Assembly (NCBI GenBank): GCA_024655825.1
Contig: JANLFJ010000001.1
Span: 111,497-175,496, forward strand
Reading direction: 5' to 3'
From: Peptococcaceae bacterium
GTDB taxonomy: Bacteria > Bacillota > Peptococcia > DRI-13 > PHAD01
DNA length: 64,000 nucleotides
The notes below the pieces were generated by a model. That model was not told the DNA's origin and did no database searches. It was given only the letters and a program-made list of their open reading frames with translations. Every line of letters starts with the position of its first letter. Positions within the stretch are counted from its first letter, which is position 1. Shown here piece by piece: positions 49,680-63,130 of this stretch. A program made the position numbers and the translations under genes.

Positions 49680-50006
49680 ATGAAACAAAAAACGATAACT
49701 CTGCCCAGGCTGAACAGGCTTTCGCCGACCATGGAATCCACCGCCCTGAAACTGATGGAGGAAGCCGGGGAACTGGCCCAGGCTATCGGAAAATTCCGGG
49801 GGCTTAACGGCGAACTGGCCAGGAAGGAAGACGAGCAAGTGGTGAGGCTGATTGTCCAGGAACTCCTGGACGTAGCCCAGACCGCCGTCTCCATGATGTT
49901 CGTGCTGGAAGAACAGTACCAGGTGGATATTGAAAAAGCGGTGGAGAGTCATCTGGAAAAACTTGTCAAGAAAGGCTACCTTTCAATAGCCCCCCGCGAT
50001 GAATGA
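49680..50006 (+). CDS. MazG-like nucleotide pyrophosphohydrolase domain protein
   Basis: 108-aa ORF with the EEAGELAQAI and ELLDVAQTAV helices typical of the all-alpha NTP-PPase fold. Confidence 0.6.
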   Translation: MKQKTITLPRLNRLSPTMESTALKLMEEAGELAQAIGKFRGLNGELARKEDEQVVRLIVQELLDVAQTAVSMMFVLEEQYQVDIEKAVESHLEKLVKKGYLSIAPRDE

Positions 50007-50019
50007 GGAGAAGGATCAA

Positions 50020-51201
50020 ATGACCGTTTCCCGCAAAACACTTGCCGTGTTCGGCACCAGGCCGGAGGCTATTAAAATGGCGCCCCTGGTAAAAGCGTTG
50101 CAGGAAGACCGCAGGATTGACTGCCGTATTGCCGTTACGGCCCAGCACCGTGAAATGCTGGACCAGGTCCTGCGCCTGTTTAAAATAAAACCTGATTATG
50201 ACCTGGACATCATGCAGGCCGGGCAGTCGCTTTACGACATTACCGTCCGGGCGCTGCAGGGGCTGAAAGAGGTCCTGCGTAAGGAGAGGCCGGATCTCGT
50301 TTTGGTTCACGGAGACACGAGCACCACCTTCGTGGGGGCCCTGGCCGCCTATTACGAACAGGTTCCGTCAGCCCACGTTGAGGCGGGTTTGCGTTCGGGC
50401 AACAAGTATTCGCCTTTTCCCGAGGAAATGAACAGGCGGCTGGCCGGCGCCATTTGCGATCTGCACTTCGCTCCCACCATTACGGCGGAAGAGAACCTCC
50501 TCCGCGAAGGGATCAGGGGGGAACAGATTTTTGTCACGGGAAACACCGTGATTGACGCCCTGCTCAGGACAGTGCGCGATGAGTACAAGTTCGAAACACC
50601 CTCGTTAAGAGGGATTGATTTTGCGAAACACCGCGTGCTTGTTGTCACCACGCACCGGCGGGAGAACCTGGGGGAGCGGATGCACCAGATGTACATGGCC
50701 TTAAGGGACATAGTCCGCGAATTTCCTGACGTGGTCCTGGTCTTCCCCGTTCATAAAAACCCGGCTGTACGCTCCGTGGCGGAGGAGGTGCTGGAAGGAC
50801 AAGAGAGGGTACTTTTGATTGAGCCGCTGGACTACGAGCCCTTTGCCAACCTGATGAACAAGTCCTACCTTGTCCTGACAGATTCGGGAGGCCTGCAGGA
50901 AGAAGCGCCCGCCCTGGGTAAACCGGTTTTGGTTTTAAGGGAGAACACTGAGCGGCCGGAGGCGGTTTGTGCCGGAACCGTGGAACTGGTAGGCACAAAA
51001 AGGGATAGAATTTACCAGGCGGCCAAAAGACTGCTGGTGGACGAAGAGGCATACCGCCGGATGGCCGGCGCCGTTAACCCGTACGGAGACGGGAAAGCCA
51101 GCCAGAGGATCGTCCAGGCCCTGTATTACTACTGGGGGTGGAGCGGCGAAAGGCCAGGCCGTTTCAAGGGCGCATCAGGGAATTTTCAAAACAAAAGATA
51201 A
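50020..51201 (+). CDS. wecB: UDP-N-acetylglucosamine 2-epimerase (non-hydrolysing)
   Basis: LAVFGTRPEAIKMAP, HVEAGLRS and DSGGLQEEAP motifs. I chose the ATG at 50020 (GGAGAAGG RBS); the track start is 49999. Confidence 0.9.
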   Translation: MTVSRKTLAVFGTRPEAIKMAPLVKALQEDRRIDCRIAVTAQHREMLDQVLRLFKIKPDYDLDIMQAGQSLYDITVRALQGLKEVLRKERPDLVLVHGDTSTTFVGALAAYYEQVPSAHVEAGLRSGNKYSPFPEEMNRRLAGAICDLHFAPTITAEENLLREGIRGEQIFVTGNTVIDALLRTVRDEYKFETPSLRGIDFAKHRVLVVTTHRRENLGERMHQMYMALRDIVREFPDVVLVFPVHKNPAVRSVAEEVLEGQERVLLIEPLDYEPFANLMNKSYLVLTDSGGLQEEAPALGKPVLVLRENTERPEAVCAGTVELVGTKRDRIYQAAKRLLVDEEAYRRMAGAVNPYGDGKASQRIVQALYYYWGWSGERPGRFKGASGNFQNKR

Positions 51202-51219
51202 GATTTTAAAATAAAAAGG

Positions 51220-51248
51220 TTGTGACATATTCAGCAGTTGTGTTAAAT
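51220..51248 (+). promoter_or_regulatory. Candidate SigA-type promoter for the atp operon
   Basis: TTGTGA (51220-51225), 17-nt spacer ending in TG, then TTAAAT (51243-51248). Confidence 0.35.
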
Positions 51249-51355
51249 TATTATTTGGAGAAAAGGACATAATATAAGGCGATATAATGCTAATAAACTG
51301 CCGGGCGTGCAGCACAGTTACAGGCTTTTACAGTACGAGGATACAGGGGTTGTTT

Positions 51356-51595
51356 ATGGGCTTCAAACAAAATCCGTCTTTCAAATACATAAACTTCGGC
51401 TTGAGCTTCGGTTTGACAATGGCTATCACGGTCTATCTACTTTATCAGGGGGGAAAGTGGTTAGATAACCGTTTGGGCACCGCCCCTGTTTTTATGTTTG
51501 TGGGAATAATTCTTGCCGTGGCCACTGTTTTTAAAAGACTGTTAGCCGAACTTAAAACCCTGGAAAGAAAACCTGGCGACAGCGAGGAAGAATAA
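51356..51595 (+). CDS. AtpZ/AtpI-family small membrane protein
   Basis: ~79 aa with 2 TM segments, immediately upstream of atpI/atpB. I chose the ATG at 51356 (MGFKQN); the track start is 51287. Confidence 0.6.
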   Translation: MGFKQNPSFKYINFGLSFGLTMAITVYLLYQGGKWLDNRLGTAPVFMFVGIILAVATVFKRLLAELKTLERKPGDSEEE

Positions 51596-51632
51596 GGAAC
51601 AGCAGCCGACGACCGGCTGGAAGCGTAAATGA

Positions 51633-51941
51633 ATGAGGGTGATCCGTTTGCCGGGCTGGATGCTGCCGGCGTTAACCGGTCTGGTTATTGGCCTAACCGT
51701 TTCGTTCTTCAACCATTTGATACTGCTGCAGGGAGTGAAAAAGGCGGAATGCTTGAGCCCCGAACAGGGAAAAAACGCCATTATGCTCAGGTATGGCCTC
51801 CGCTATATTTTGAATTTTGCCACCCTGTTTTTGGTGCATAAAGATACCGCCATGCTTGTGGCTGCCGCTTTTGGCCTAACTGCCAGCAAGAATGCTCTTT
51901 TTTTCAAAAACCTGTTGAACAAGAAGGAAAGAAAGGGGTGA
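51633..51941 (+). CDS. atpI: ATP synthase subunit I
   Basis: 102-aa hydrophobic ORF directly preceding atpB. Confidence 0.65.
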   Translation: MRVIRLPGWMLPALTGLVIGLTVSFFNHLILLQGVKKAECLSPEQGKNAIMLRYGLRYILNFATLFLVHKDTAMLVAAAFGLTASKNALFFKNLLNKKERKG

Positions 51942-51942
51942 A

Positions 51943-52674
51943 TTGAAAATGTTTTTGGCGACACCGGTTTATGCTGCGGAAGCTGCAGAAAAAGGAGCGG
52001 AACACAGCCGTGCCCTTTTCTCTCTTTTCGGCCTGGAGGTATCCAGCGTGGTTACAACCATGTGGGGGTTAATGCTCCTCATCACCCTGCTGGCTTATTT
52101 GGCCACAAGAAAACTGGAAAAAGTCCCCGAAAGCCGCCTCCAGAATTTTATGGAATTCGGCCTGGAGGCCATACTTGGCCTTTTGAGCCAGGTTATGGGC
52201 AAAGAAAAACTGGCGAAACGATACTTCCCGCTGCTGGCCAGTTTCTTCATCCTGATCCTGGCTTCCAACTATTCGGGCCTGCTGCCCGGGGCCGGTCACA
52301 TTCCCGGCCTGCAGGCGCCAACCAGCACCCTGAGCGTTACGGCCGGCTTTGCCCTGGTAGTGTTTGTTTCCACTCACTACTACGGGGTAAAAACAAAGGG
52401 GATCAAGTATTTCCGGCATTTCATCGAGCCGCTTCCCTTTTTACTGCCGCTGAACATCATCGAGGAGTTTGTCAAGCCGCTGTCGCTTTCTTTGCGTCTT
52501 TACGGCAACATCTTCGGAGAAGAAATGGTGGTGGCCAGCCTTTTTGCCTTGGTTCCCCTCTTTCTTCCTCTTCCCATGATGCTTTTGGGCGTACTCTTCG
52601 GATTGATCCAGGCGTTTGTTTTTACCATGCTGGCGGCGCTCTATATTGCCACCGCCACCGCAGAACATCATTAA
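51943..52674 (+). CDS. atpB: F0F1 ATP synthase subunit a
   Basis: 243-aa polytopic ORF with the conserved LSLRLYGNIFGEE segment (essential Arg). Confidence 0.9.
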   Translation: MKMFLATPVYAAEAAEKGAEHSRALFSLFGLEVSSVVTTMWGLMLLITLLAYLATRKLEKVPESRLQNFMEFGLEAILGLLSQVMGKEKLAKRYFPLLASFFILILASNYSGLLPGAGHIPGLQAPTSTLSVTAGFALVVFVSTHYYGVKTKGIKYFRHFIEPLPFLLPLNIIEEFVKPLSLSLRLYGNIFGEEMVVASLFALVPLFLPLPMMLLGVLFGLIQAFVFTMLAALYIATATAEHH

Positions 52675-53001
<327 letters not shown>

Positions 53002-53097
53002 CCAGTCTTTCTCAAGCTGGTGGGGGAGGGCGGCCAGCCATGCAGGCCGCCCCCCGGGATTATCCCTTATTCAGCAAGTTAAAAGGGGGATACGCTG

Positions 53098-53579
53098 ATG
53101 AATATCCATGTACCGGACATGATCTGGGCTATCATCAACTTTCTCGTGCTGGTAGCCATTCTAAATAAATTTCTGTACAAACCCCTCCTGGGGATGCTGG
53201 AGGTCAGGAAGCAGCAGATCAAAAACCAGCTCGCCGAGGCGGAAGCTGCGCGCAGCGAAGCTGCCAGAATGAAAGAGGAATACACCAGGGAAATGCAGAA
53301 TGCCCGGCAGGAGGCCCAGGAGATTATCAGTAAGGCCACCAGGCTGGCCGAAGAGTCGAAGGCCGGCATAATCCAGGAGGCGCGGGACGAAGCGGCCAGG
53401 CTAATGAAGAAGGCCCAGGCTGAAATCGGACTGGAAAAAGAAAAAGCCAAGGCTGAGCTGCGCAATGAAGTGGCTTCCCTGGCGGTTATGGCCGCGAGCA
53501 AGGTTTTGGAGAGAACGCTCGAACCCCAGGACCACGAAAAAATGATCCGTGAATTTGTACAAGAGGTGGGGGATGCGTC

Positions 53580-53583
<4 letters not shown>
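53098..53583 (+). CDS. atpF: F0F1 ATP synthase subunit b
   Basis: 161 aa with an N-terminal TM segment followed by a long charged helix; operon position. Confidence 0.9.
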
Positions 53584-55659
<2,076 letters not shown>

Positions 55660-55753
55660 TTCTGCAAGCAGGTAACGCCCGCGCGGCCACACTGCTGGCT
55701 GCATGCCAGGAAAAGAGAAACTTGCCTGGCGCGGGAGAAAAGGTGGTGAAAGA

Positions 55754-56614
55754 ATGCCAGGAGTGCGCGATATCAAGCGTCGCATACGCAGCGTCAAAAA
55801 CATGCAGCAGATTACCAAGGCTATGGAGATGGTATCGGCAGCCAAACTCCGCAGAGCACAAGCTGCGGTAGCCGCTTCGCGCCCTTACGCTGTGAAGATG
55901 GAGGAGATGCTGGGCAGGATAATTGACTCGGCCCGGGAGAAAACGCATCCTTTCCTGACGCGCAGGACAGTCAAAGCGGTAGGATTTATCCTCATCACGG
56001 CAGACAGGGGATTGGCCGGCGGCTATAACGCTAATCTCATCAGGAAAGCTGTGGCCGAAGCAGCCCGCGTCGGTGATGTGGAAAAAGGGTTTATCGCCGT
56101 GGGACGCAAAGGAAGGGACTACCTGAGGCGCCGCGGCAGGAGAATCAGCGGCGAATTTTTAGGTATCAACGATACGCCTACTGTTCCGGAGGCCAAACAG
56201 GTTGCCGCTTTGGCCGCAAAACTCTTTCTTGACGGGACATATGACGAAATTCATCTTGTTTACCAGGAGTTCATTACGGTTGCGCAGCAAAAACCGGTAA
56301 TAAAACAGCTTCTTCCCCTGCTTCACGACCAGGCGGAAGAAACAGGCCCCAGCGACTACCTCTATGAGCCGGCGCCGGAAAAAGTTTTAGAAATGCTGCT
56401 TCCCAAGTATGTCGACAACCAGGTTTTCCAGGCCCTGATGGAGGCTAAAGCCGGTGAGCACGGCTCCCGGATGACGGCCATGCATGCCGCCGCGGACAAT
56501 GCCGGCGAAATGATCGACAGGCTTATCCTTTCCTTCAACAAGGCGCGCCAGGCCGCCATTACGCGTGAAATTATGGAGATTGTGGGCGGCGCCGATGCCC
56601 TAAAAGCGCAGTGA
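55754..56614 (+). CDS. atpG: F0F1 ATP synthase subunit gamma
   Basis: MPGVRDIKRRIRSVKNMQQITKAMEMVSAAKLRRAQ. I chose the ATG at 55754; the track start is 55703. Confidence 0.93.
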   Translation: MPGVRDIKRRIRSVKNMQQITKAMEMVSAAKLRRAQAAVAASRPYAVKMEEMLGRIIDSAREKTHPFLTRRTVKAVGFILITADRGLAGGYNANLIRKAVAEAARVGDVEKGFIAVGRKGRDYLRRRGRRISGEFLGINDTPTVPEAKQVAALAAKLFLDGTYDEIHLVYQEFITVAQQKPVIKQLLPLLHDQAEETGPSDYLYEPAPEKVLEMLLPKYVDNQVFQALMEAKAGEHGSRMTAMHAAADNAGEMIDRLILSFNKARQAAITREIMEIVGGADALKAQ

Positions 56615-56658
56615 GGCTAAAACAACAAAGTAGCAACCAACGATGGGGGTGTATGTGA

Positions 56659-58062
<1,404 letters not shown>

Positions 58063-58065
58063 GAT

Positions 58066-58470
58066 ATGGCCAAAACCCTCCACCTCGATGTGGTGACCCC
58101 GGATAGGACCATTCTCAGCGAAGAGGTTGAATCATTGATCGCGCCGGCTGTGGAAGGCTATATGGGCGTCCTGCCGGACCATGCTCCCATGATCGTGGGT
58201 CTTGTTCCCGGCGTTTTCACCTACCGCCGGGACAATAAACCGCGCCACCTGGCCGTGGGCGGCGGTTTTATGGAGATTGCCCGCAACAGGGTCATCCTGC
58301 TGGCCGATTCGGCGGAGCGGCCGGAAGAAATTGACCGGGAAAGGGCTGCTGCAGCCAGGGAAAGAGCGGAAAAAAGGCTGAAAGAAAGACCGCCCGGGCT
58401 GGATGTCGAGAGGGCCGAACTGGCCTTGAAAAGAGCGCTTGCCCGGCTCAGGGTCTCGGAGCGCTTATAG
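58066..58470 (+). CDS. atpC: F0F1 ATP synthase subunit epsilon
   Basis: 134 aa; last gene of the operon, with the typical epsilon N-terminus LDVVTPDR. Confidence 0.9.
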   Translation: MAKTLHLDVVTPDRTILSEEVESLIAPAVEGYMGVLPDHAPMIVGLVPGVFTYRRDNKPRHLAVGGGFMEIARNRVILLADSAERPEEIDRERAAAARERAEKRLKERPPGLDVERAELALKRALARLRVSERL

Positions 58471-58587
58471 AAAGCAGCTTCGAGAACGGGCGTTTTTTCT
58501 TTAAAACTGTGTTAAAATTGGGTTAATTGCCAAAAATTAAGCTTATACGAAGCAGGAAATTTTCTGTTTGTGGCGAATATAAAAATC

Positions 58588-58608
58588 AATTGCTTAAGAT
58601 AAGCAATT
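58588..58608. promoter_or_regulatory. Perfect 9-bp inverted repeat (operator or RNA hairpin candidate)
   Basis: AATTGCTTA-aga-TAAGCAATT at 58588-58608, in the atpC / ywmB-like intergenic region. Confidence 0.3.
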
Positions 58609-58616
58609 AACCTAAA

Positions 58617-58665
58617 ACAGATGCGCCGCAGTCAAATGAGGCTGCGGTGTATCTGTTTTCTTTTA
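58617..58665 (+). terminator. Strong rho-independent terminator-like hairpin upstream of the ywmB-like gene
   Basis: 15-bp stem (58617-58631 / 58642-58656, two G-U pairs) with a 10-nt loop, then TTTCTTTT. Confidence 0.65.
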
Positions 58666-58738
58666 GAGAATAAATTCGGAATAAAATGGAAAATCAAGGG
58701 CAATAATACAGCTAAAGAGAAGACAAGGAGTGAAGGAG

Positions 58739-59506
58739 ATGAAGATTTTTAAAATATTATCTCTGTGCTGTGTTAGCCTGACCATTTTGTTTTTCACCCT
58801 TCCGACCCAGGCTGAATATGATGATACCATAAGGACAATGGATAGTTTCCAGATCGCGCAAAGAGTATTTTCGCGTTCAGCGGCCGCAGCCGGCGAAATA
58901 AAAATTGAAGCCTGGGGACAAATTAGTAATGAACTGCTGCCTTGCTGGCAGCTTGAAGAAAAATACGCGGTTGTCGCTCGGGGATTGAATCTTGCGGGCT
59001 TAAAGCCCGCTGTGCAGGTGGGGGAAAACGGCTTCGCCGGGGTATCCGGACTGGCGGCAGCTGAAAACGAGACCTGCCAGCTGTCCCTGCAGGCTGTGCC
59101 GGCACGGGAAAAACAGGGAACAGGCGAAACCTACCTGGCATTACTGTACACCGGCAGCGACCCGTTGCGCGCCAGCCGGGTCTACAGTGAAACAAACCAG
59201 CTTCTGAAAAAAGTTGGTTTCGGGAAGCCGCTGGGGGTAACCTTTACCGGCAAGCTCCCGCGCGCGGTGACCCAAGACGAACGGCAAGCGCTGGCCCAGT
59301 TCCTGGCTTCCGGCGTTTCCGCCCGGTTCGTGGAAGGCGTGCTGCAAGAAGACCTTACAAGCTTGTCGTACTATACGCGGCAGGGAGCGGAGTACCTGGA
59401 AGCCGGCGGGCGCAGAATCAACCTGAACATCGCCGTGCGAACCGACGGGAAGAACGACGCCGCTTGCCTTTATGTCGGGTCGCCCTTAATTTACCAGGAC
59501 TACTAG
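58739..59506 (+). CDS. YwmB-like (DUF1779-type) secreted protein
   Basis: ~255 aa with a signal peptide (MKIFKILSLCCVSLTILFFTLPTQA). Position between atpC and murA, as for Bacillus ywmB. I chose the ATG at 58739 after AAGGAG. Confidence 0.5.
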   Translation: MKIFKILSLCCVSLTILFFTLPTQAEYDDTIRTMDSFQIAQRVFSRSAAAAGEIKIEAWGQISNELLPCWQLEEKYAVVARGLNLAGLKPAVQVGENGFAGVSGLAAAENETCQLSLQAVPAREKQGTGETYLALLYTGSDPLRASRVYSETNQLLKKVGFGKPLGVTFTGKLPRAVTQDERQALAQFLASGVSARFVEGVLQEDLTSLSYYTRQGAEYLEAGGRRINLNIAVRTDGKNDAACLYVGSPLIYQDY

Positions 59507-59669
59507 AAACAAATGATGCTATAATATGTCCATGATTTATTTCCCGCGAAGCTGGGAGGAATGTGCCTTTTTTCCCCGAATTAAATCAACTGGTGAAAAG
59601 CAAAACAGTCAGAAGGGGGGCAGCCTGCAAACAAAACCAGAATTCCGGTTTTGTCGTCAGGAAGAGTCG

Positions 59670-60926
59670 TTGGAAAAGATTATTGTGCAGGGTGGTACAC
59701 CATTAAAAGGGACTGTCACCATAAGCGGGTCTAAGAACGCTGTATTGCCGATCATAGTGGCTTCGCTGCTGTCGGACGGCAGTTGCCGCATACAGGACGT
59801 GCCGAGGCTTGCTGATGTGGAAATAATCTGCGATGTCCTGGAAGAACTGGGCGCATGTATCCGGAAGACAGCAGCGCCGGTGCTGGACATTTCATGCAGT
59901 AATCTCAACAGGTTTGAGGCTCCATACGAGTATGTAAGCAAAATGCGCGCTTCGGTGCTGGTCATGGGACCTTTACTGGCTCGCCTTGGCAGAGCAAAGG
60001 TTTCTATGCCGGGAGGATGTGCTATCGGAACCAGGCCGATCGATTTACACCTGAAAGGTTTTGAGGCTATGGGAGTCAGGATAACCTTGGAACACGGCTA
60101 TGTCCTGGCCGAAGCCCCGCGCCTTGCCGGAGCCAGGATTTATCTTGACTATCCAAGCGTAGGCGCCACAGAAAACATAATGATGGCGGGTGTTTTAGCC
60201 GACGGGATTACAGTTATCGAAAACGCGGCTGAAGAACCGGAGATCGTTGACCTGGCCAACTTCATCAACAGCATGGGCGGGCGGATCAAAGGAGCCGGCA
60301 CCAAGATTATAAAAATCGAAGGCGTTAAGGAGCTGGGTTCGACAACGCACACCGTTATCCCCGACAGGATCGAGGCCGGAAGCTACATGGTCGCCGCAGC
60401 CATGACGCGGGGCGAACTGCTGCTGGAAAACGTCATTATCGATCATTTAAAACCCGTCATCGCTAAATTACTGGAAGTAGGATCGGAAATCAGAGAAGAG
60501 GGGACGGGTCTTCGCATCAGGCATGTTGACCAGCTTAAAGCCGTGGATGTCAAAACCATGCCGTACCCGGGGTTCCCAACCGACATGCAGGCCCAGTTCA
60601 TGGCGCTCATGTCCATTGCCCATGGAACAAGCATCCTCACCGAAACAGTCTTCGAAAACAGGTTCATGCATGCCGAGGAACTGCGCAGGATGGGTGCCGA
60701 TATTAAAACCGAGGGACGCAGCGCGGTGGTGGAAGGGGTTCCGCGTCTTACCGGCGCGCCGGTCAAGGCCTCGGATTTGCGGGCCGGAGCGGCTTTGATT
60801 ATTGCCGGGTTGGCTGCCGAAGGAGAGACCGAAATCAGTAATGTTTTTCACATCGACCGGGGATATGACAACATTGTGGAGAAACTGCGCGCAGCAGGCG
60901 CAAGAATCAGGAGAAAGCAGGAATAA
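59670..60926 (+). CDS. murA: UDP-N-acetylglucosamine 1-carboxyvinyltransferase
   Basis: [27 protein letters not shown] and the active-site loop [15 protein letters not shown] chose an in-frame TTG at 59670 (AGGAAGAG RBS), giving ~418 aa; the track start at 59526 adds an atypical 48-aa extension. Confidence 0.9.
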   Translation: MEKIIVQGGTPLKGTVTISGSKNAVLPIIVASLLSDGSCRIQDVPRLADVEIICDVLEELGACIRKTAAPVLDISCSNLNRFEAPYEYVSKMRASVLVMGPLLARLGRAKVSMPGGCAIGTRPIDLHLKGFEAMGVRITLEHGYVLAEAPRLAGARIYLDYPSVGATENIMMAGVLADGITVIENAAEEPEIVDLANFINSMGGRIKGAGTKIIKIEGVKELGSTTHTVIPDRIEAGSYMVAAAMTRGELLLENVIIDHLKPVIAKLLEVGSEIREEGTGLRIRHVDQLKAVDVKTMPYPGFPTDMQAQFMALMSIAHGTSILTETVFENRFMHAEELRRMGADIKTEGRSAVVEGVPRLTGAPVKASDLRAGAALIIAGLAAEGETEISNVFHIDRGYDNIVEKLRAAGARIRRKQE

Positions 60927-61043
60927 ACTGAACAACCGCTTGGGGGAAACAATTGTTAGAAATATGGAAAAATATATTTAATTGTGTTAGAATACTGCTG
61001 TGAACAATGATCAAGAAAAAGAGAGGAACGGTGAAGTCCCCTC

Positions 61044-61460
61044 ATGGCGGCAGTGAAGAAGAATGGTTCTGGGAAAGCGGGCCGGCAGGCCAGTTCTCGT
61101 CCGGATCTCTATGTTATTAACGGGTCCAACCTCCCGCCGGCAGTTTCCAGGACAAAAAGGAAAAGAAGAATATCCCGTTTCCTTTCGCTGTGCCTGTTTG
61201 CTTTTGGGCTTTATCTTGTTATTATGTTTGCTGTGGGCGGTTACCAGGTGTGGCACTTGAAAGCCAAACTGAAAAGCCTCGAGGAAGAGCAAAGACTGCT
61301 GCTGCAAGAACAAAAAGAATTGGAGGAAGGAATAAAATCGCTGAACGATCCCGAAATAATTGAGAGAATGGCCCGGGAAAACCTGGGTATGGTTAAGCAA
61401 GGGGAGACGGTAATCATACCTGCATTAACCGAAGTTAACACCCCCCAAAAAGACAAGTAA
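61044..61460 (+). CDS. Septum formation initiator (FtsB/DivIC family)
   Basis: 138 aa with a single TM segment followed by a leucine-zipper-like coiled coil (LKSLEEEQRLLLQEQKELEE) and the ERMARENLGMVKQGE motif. Confidence 0.75.
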   Translation: MAAVKKNGSGKAGRQASSRPDLYVINGSNLPPAVSRTKRKRRISRFLSLCLFAFGLYLVIMFAVGGYQVWHLKAKLKSLEEEQRLLLQEQKELEEGIKSLNDPEIIERMARENLGMVKQGETVIIPALTEVNTPQKDK

Positions 61461-61567
61461 ATACCGCGGTAAGCCGGTTACACCGGCATATTGACACTGC
61501 CTGAACGGGTGAGCTATAATGTCTTATGCAAAGCATGAAAAAACAGGCTGGGAGGAATATATTCCGG

Positions 61568-61969
61568 ATGTCAATATCTGTAGGTGCCATACTTGAAGGA
61601 ATTGTTACCGGCATCACCCCTTTTGGCGCATTTGTCGAACTGCCGGGAGGCGTTACGGGTCTTGTTCATATTTCAGAAGTAGCGGATACTTATGTGAGGG
61701 ATGTCAAGGAATTTTTAAAAGAACAGGATAGAATAAAAGTAAAAGTAATAAATATTGATGTCAAAGGAAAGATAGGCCTGTCCATTAAACAGGTCAACCC
61801 TTCGACAGGCACTCAAATTAAAGACGGGAGAAGAGAAAAATTCCGCGGTAATAACCCGTCTTTTGAAGATAAACTTGCGAAATTTATGAAAGAAAGCGAT
61901 GAAAAACTTCAGGAGTACAGGCGAAGCACAGACGCGAAACGCGGGGGAAGAGGCTCAAGCCGCTATTGA
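61568..61969 (+). CDS. S1 domain RNA-binding protein (YabR-like)
   Basis: S1 OB-fold segment GAILEGIVTGITPFGAFVELPGGVTGLVHISE with a basic C-terminal tail. I chose the ATG at 61568. Confidence 0.75.
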   Translation: MSISVGAILEGIVTGITPFGAFVELPGGVTGLVHISEVADTYVRDVKEFLKEQDRIKVKVINIDVKGKIGLSIKQVNPSTGTQIKDGRREKFRGNNPSFEDKLAKFMKESDEKLQEYRRSTDAKRGGRGSSRY

Positions 61970-61980
61970 CGCTGTTAACA

Positions 61981-62013
61981 AAGAAACTACTTAAACGGTA
62001 GTTTCTTTTTTTG
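61981..62013 (+). terminator. Rho-independent terminator after the S1-domain gene
   Basis: AAGAAACTAC / GTAGTTTCTT, a 10-bp perfect stem with a 7-nt loop, then TTTTT. Confidence 0.8.
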
Positions 62014-62113
62014 CTTGAATACCTGGATTGCCTTAGGGCGCTTATCTTTTTCACCTATTTCCCTGATTGCACATAACATAAGGTGAAGAAACTGCAATAC
62101 GGGAGCGTGGGCA

Positions 62114-63130
62114 ATGGTGGGTGAGCCTGGAACGGTGAAAACCGGAGAAACGCTTTCCTGGCTTTTGAAGTCATACGGCCTGGAGGTTCAGTCATATGAA
62201 AAAAGAGATGGGCTCTGGCGGGTTGAATGCGGCCAGGGCGTATTCGCCGTAAGGGAATATGACGGCGATAGCGATAGGCTCGGCACTGCTCTGGCCTGGC
62301 AGCATTTTCTCGCCGAAAAAGGATGCCAGGGAGTGCCGAAAATTATTAGAACGAAGGACGGGCAAAACTGGGCAAGAGTTGATGGGAAAAGCTGCTATTT
62401 GACCGGTTGGGTGGATAAAAAAGAATTCAACCCAGAAAAAGGCGACCATTTGCTGGCTGCTATTGAACAGCTAGGCCACATTCACCGGTTAAGCAGGGAT
62501 TTTTCACCGGAAAAACTTTCCGGGTTCCATAATGAAATGCCCTGGGCAACAGTAATCCAAGGAAGGCTCTCAGAACTCCTGGCGCATGCCCGCCATCTCC
62601 AGGCAGGGCGCCTGCGCACGGACGTTGAGAGGGTGTTTATCGAAAATTTCAACCAGTTGTACCAGCAGGGACAGGAAGCGCTGCAAGGACTGGTTGTAGG
62701 CGGTTATGATGCAAAACTGAGAGAGAACGACCAGCTATTGGTCAACTCATTTTTAAAACACAAGATGGGGGTGATAAACGAAGGCGTCGTCTATACAGAC
62801 CTCACCAGGTGGACCCTGGGGCCGCCTTTTATGGACCTGGTCCTTTTTCTCAACAGTTTTCTCGTTCTCCACAAATGGGACAGTTCTTTAGTTTTCCGGC
62901 TTCTTGAGACCTATGAAAAAAATAATGCGCTGGACCAGGAAGAGCGAACGCTGCTCGTCTTGCTGCTTCGTTTGCCTTGGCGATTCTGGCTCTACGTCCA
63001 CCAGTATTTTAACCATATGGAAAGTCCCGCCGTGCTTACCGAAAAAATGAGCTCGTACATAAACGAAATATACTGGCGTGACAGGTGCCTCGACTGCCTT
63101 GACGACTGGGTGTGGAGGGAAAAAGAATGA
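62114..63130 (+). CDS. CotS-family spore coat protein / kinase-like phosphotransferase fold
   Basis: 338-aa ORF. General CotS/YutH-like layout (IEQLGHIHRLS, HKMGVINEGVVYTDLTRW) in a sporulation-gene context. Confidence 0.55.
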   Translation: MVGEPGTVKTGETLSWLLKSYGLEVQSYEKRDGLWRVECGQGVFAVREYDGDSDRLGTALAWQHFLAEKGCQGVPKIIRTKDGQNWARVDGKSCYLTGWVDKKEFNPEKGDHLLAAIEQLGHIHRLSRDFSPEKLSGFHNEMPWATVIQGRLSELLAHARHLQAGRLRTDVERVFIENFNQLYQQGQEALQGLVVGGYDAKLRENDQLLVNSFLKHKMGVINEGVVYTDLTRWTLGPPFMDLVLFLNSFLVLHKWDSSLVFRLLETYEKNNALDQEERTLLVLLLRLPWRFWLYVHQYFNHMESPAVLTEKMSSYINEIYWRDRCLDCLDDWVWREKE

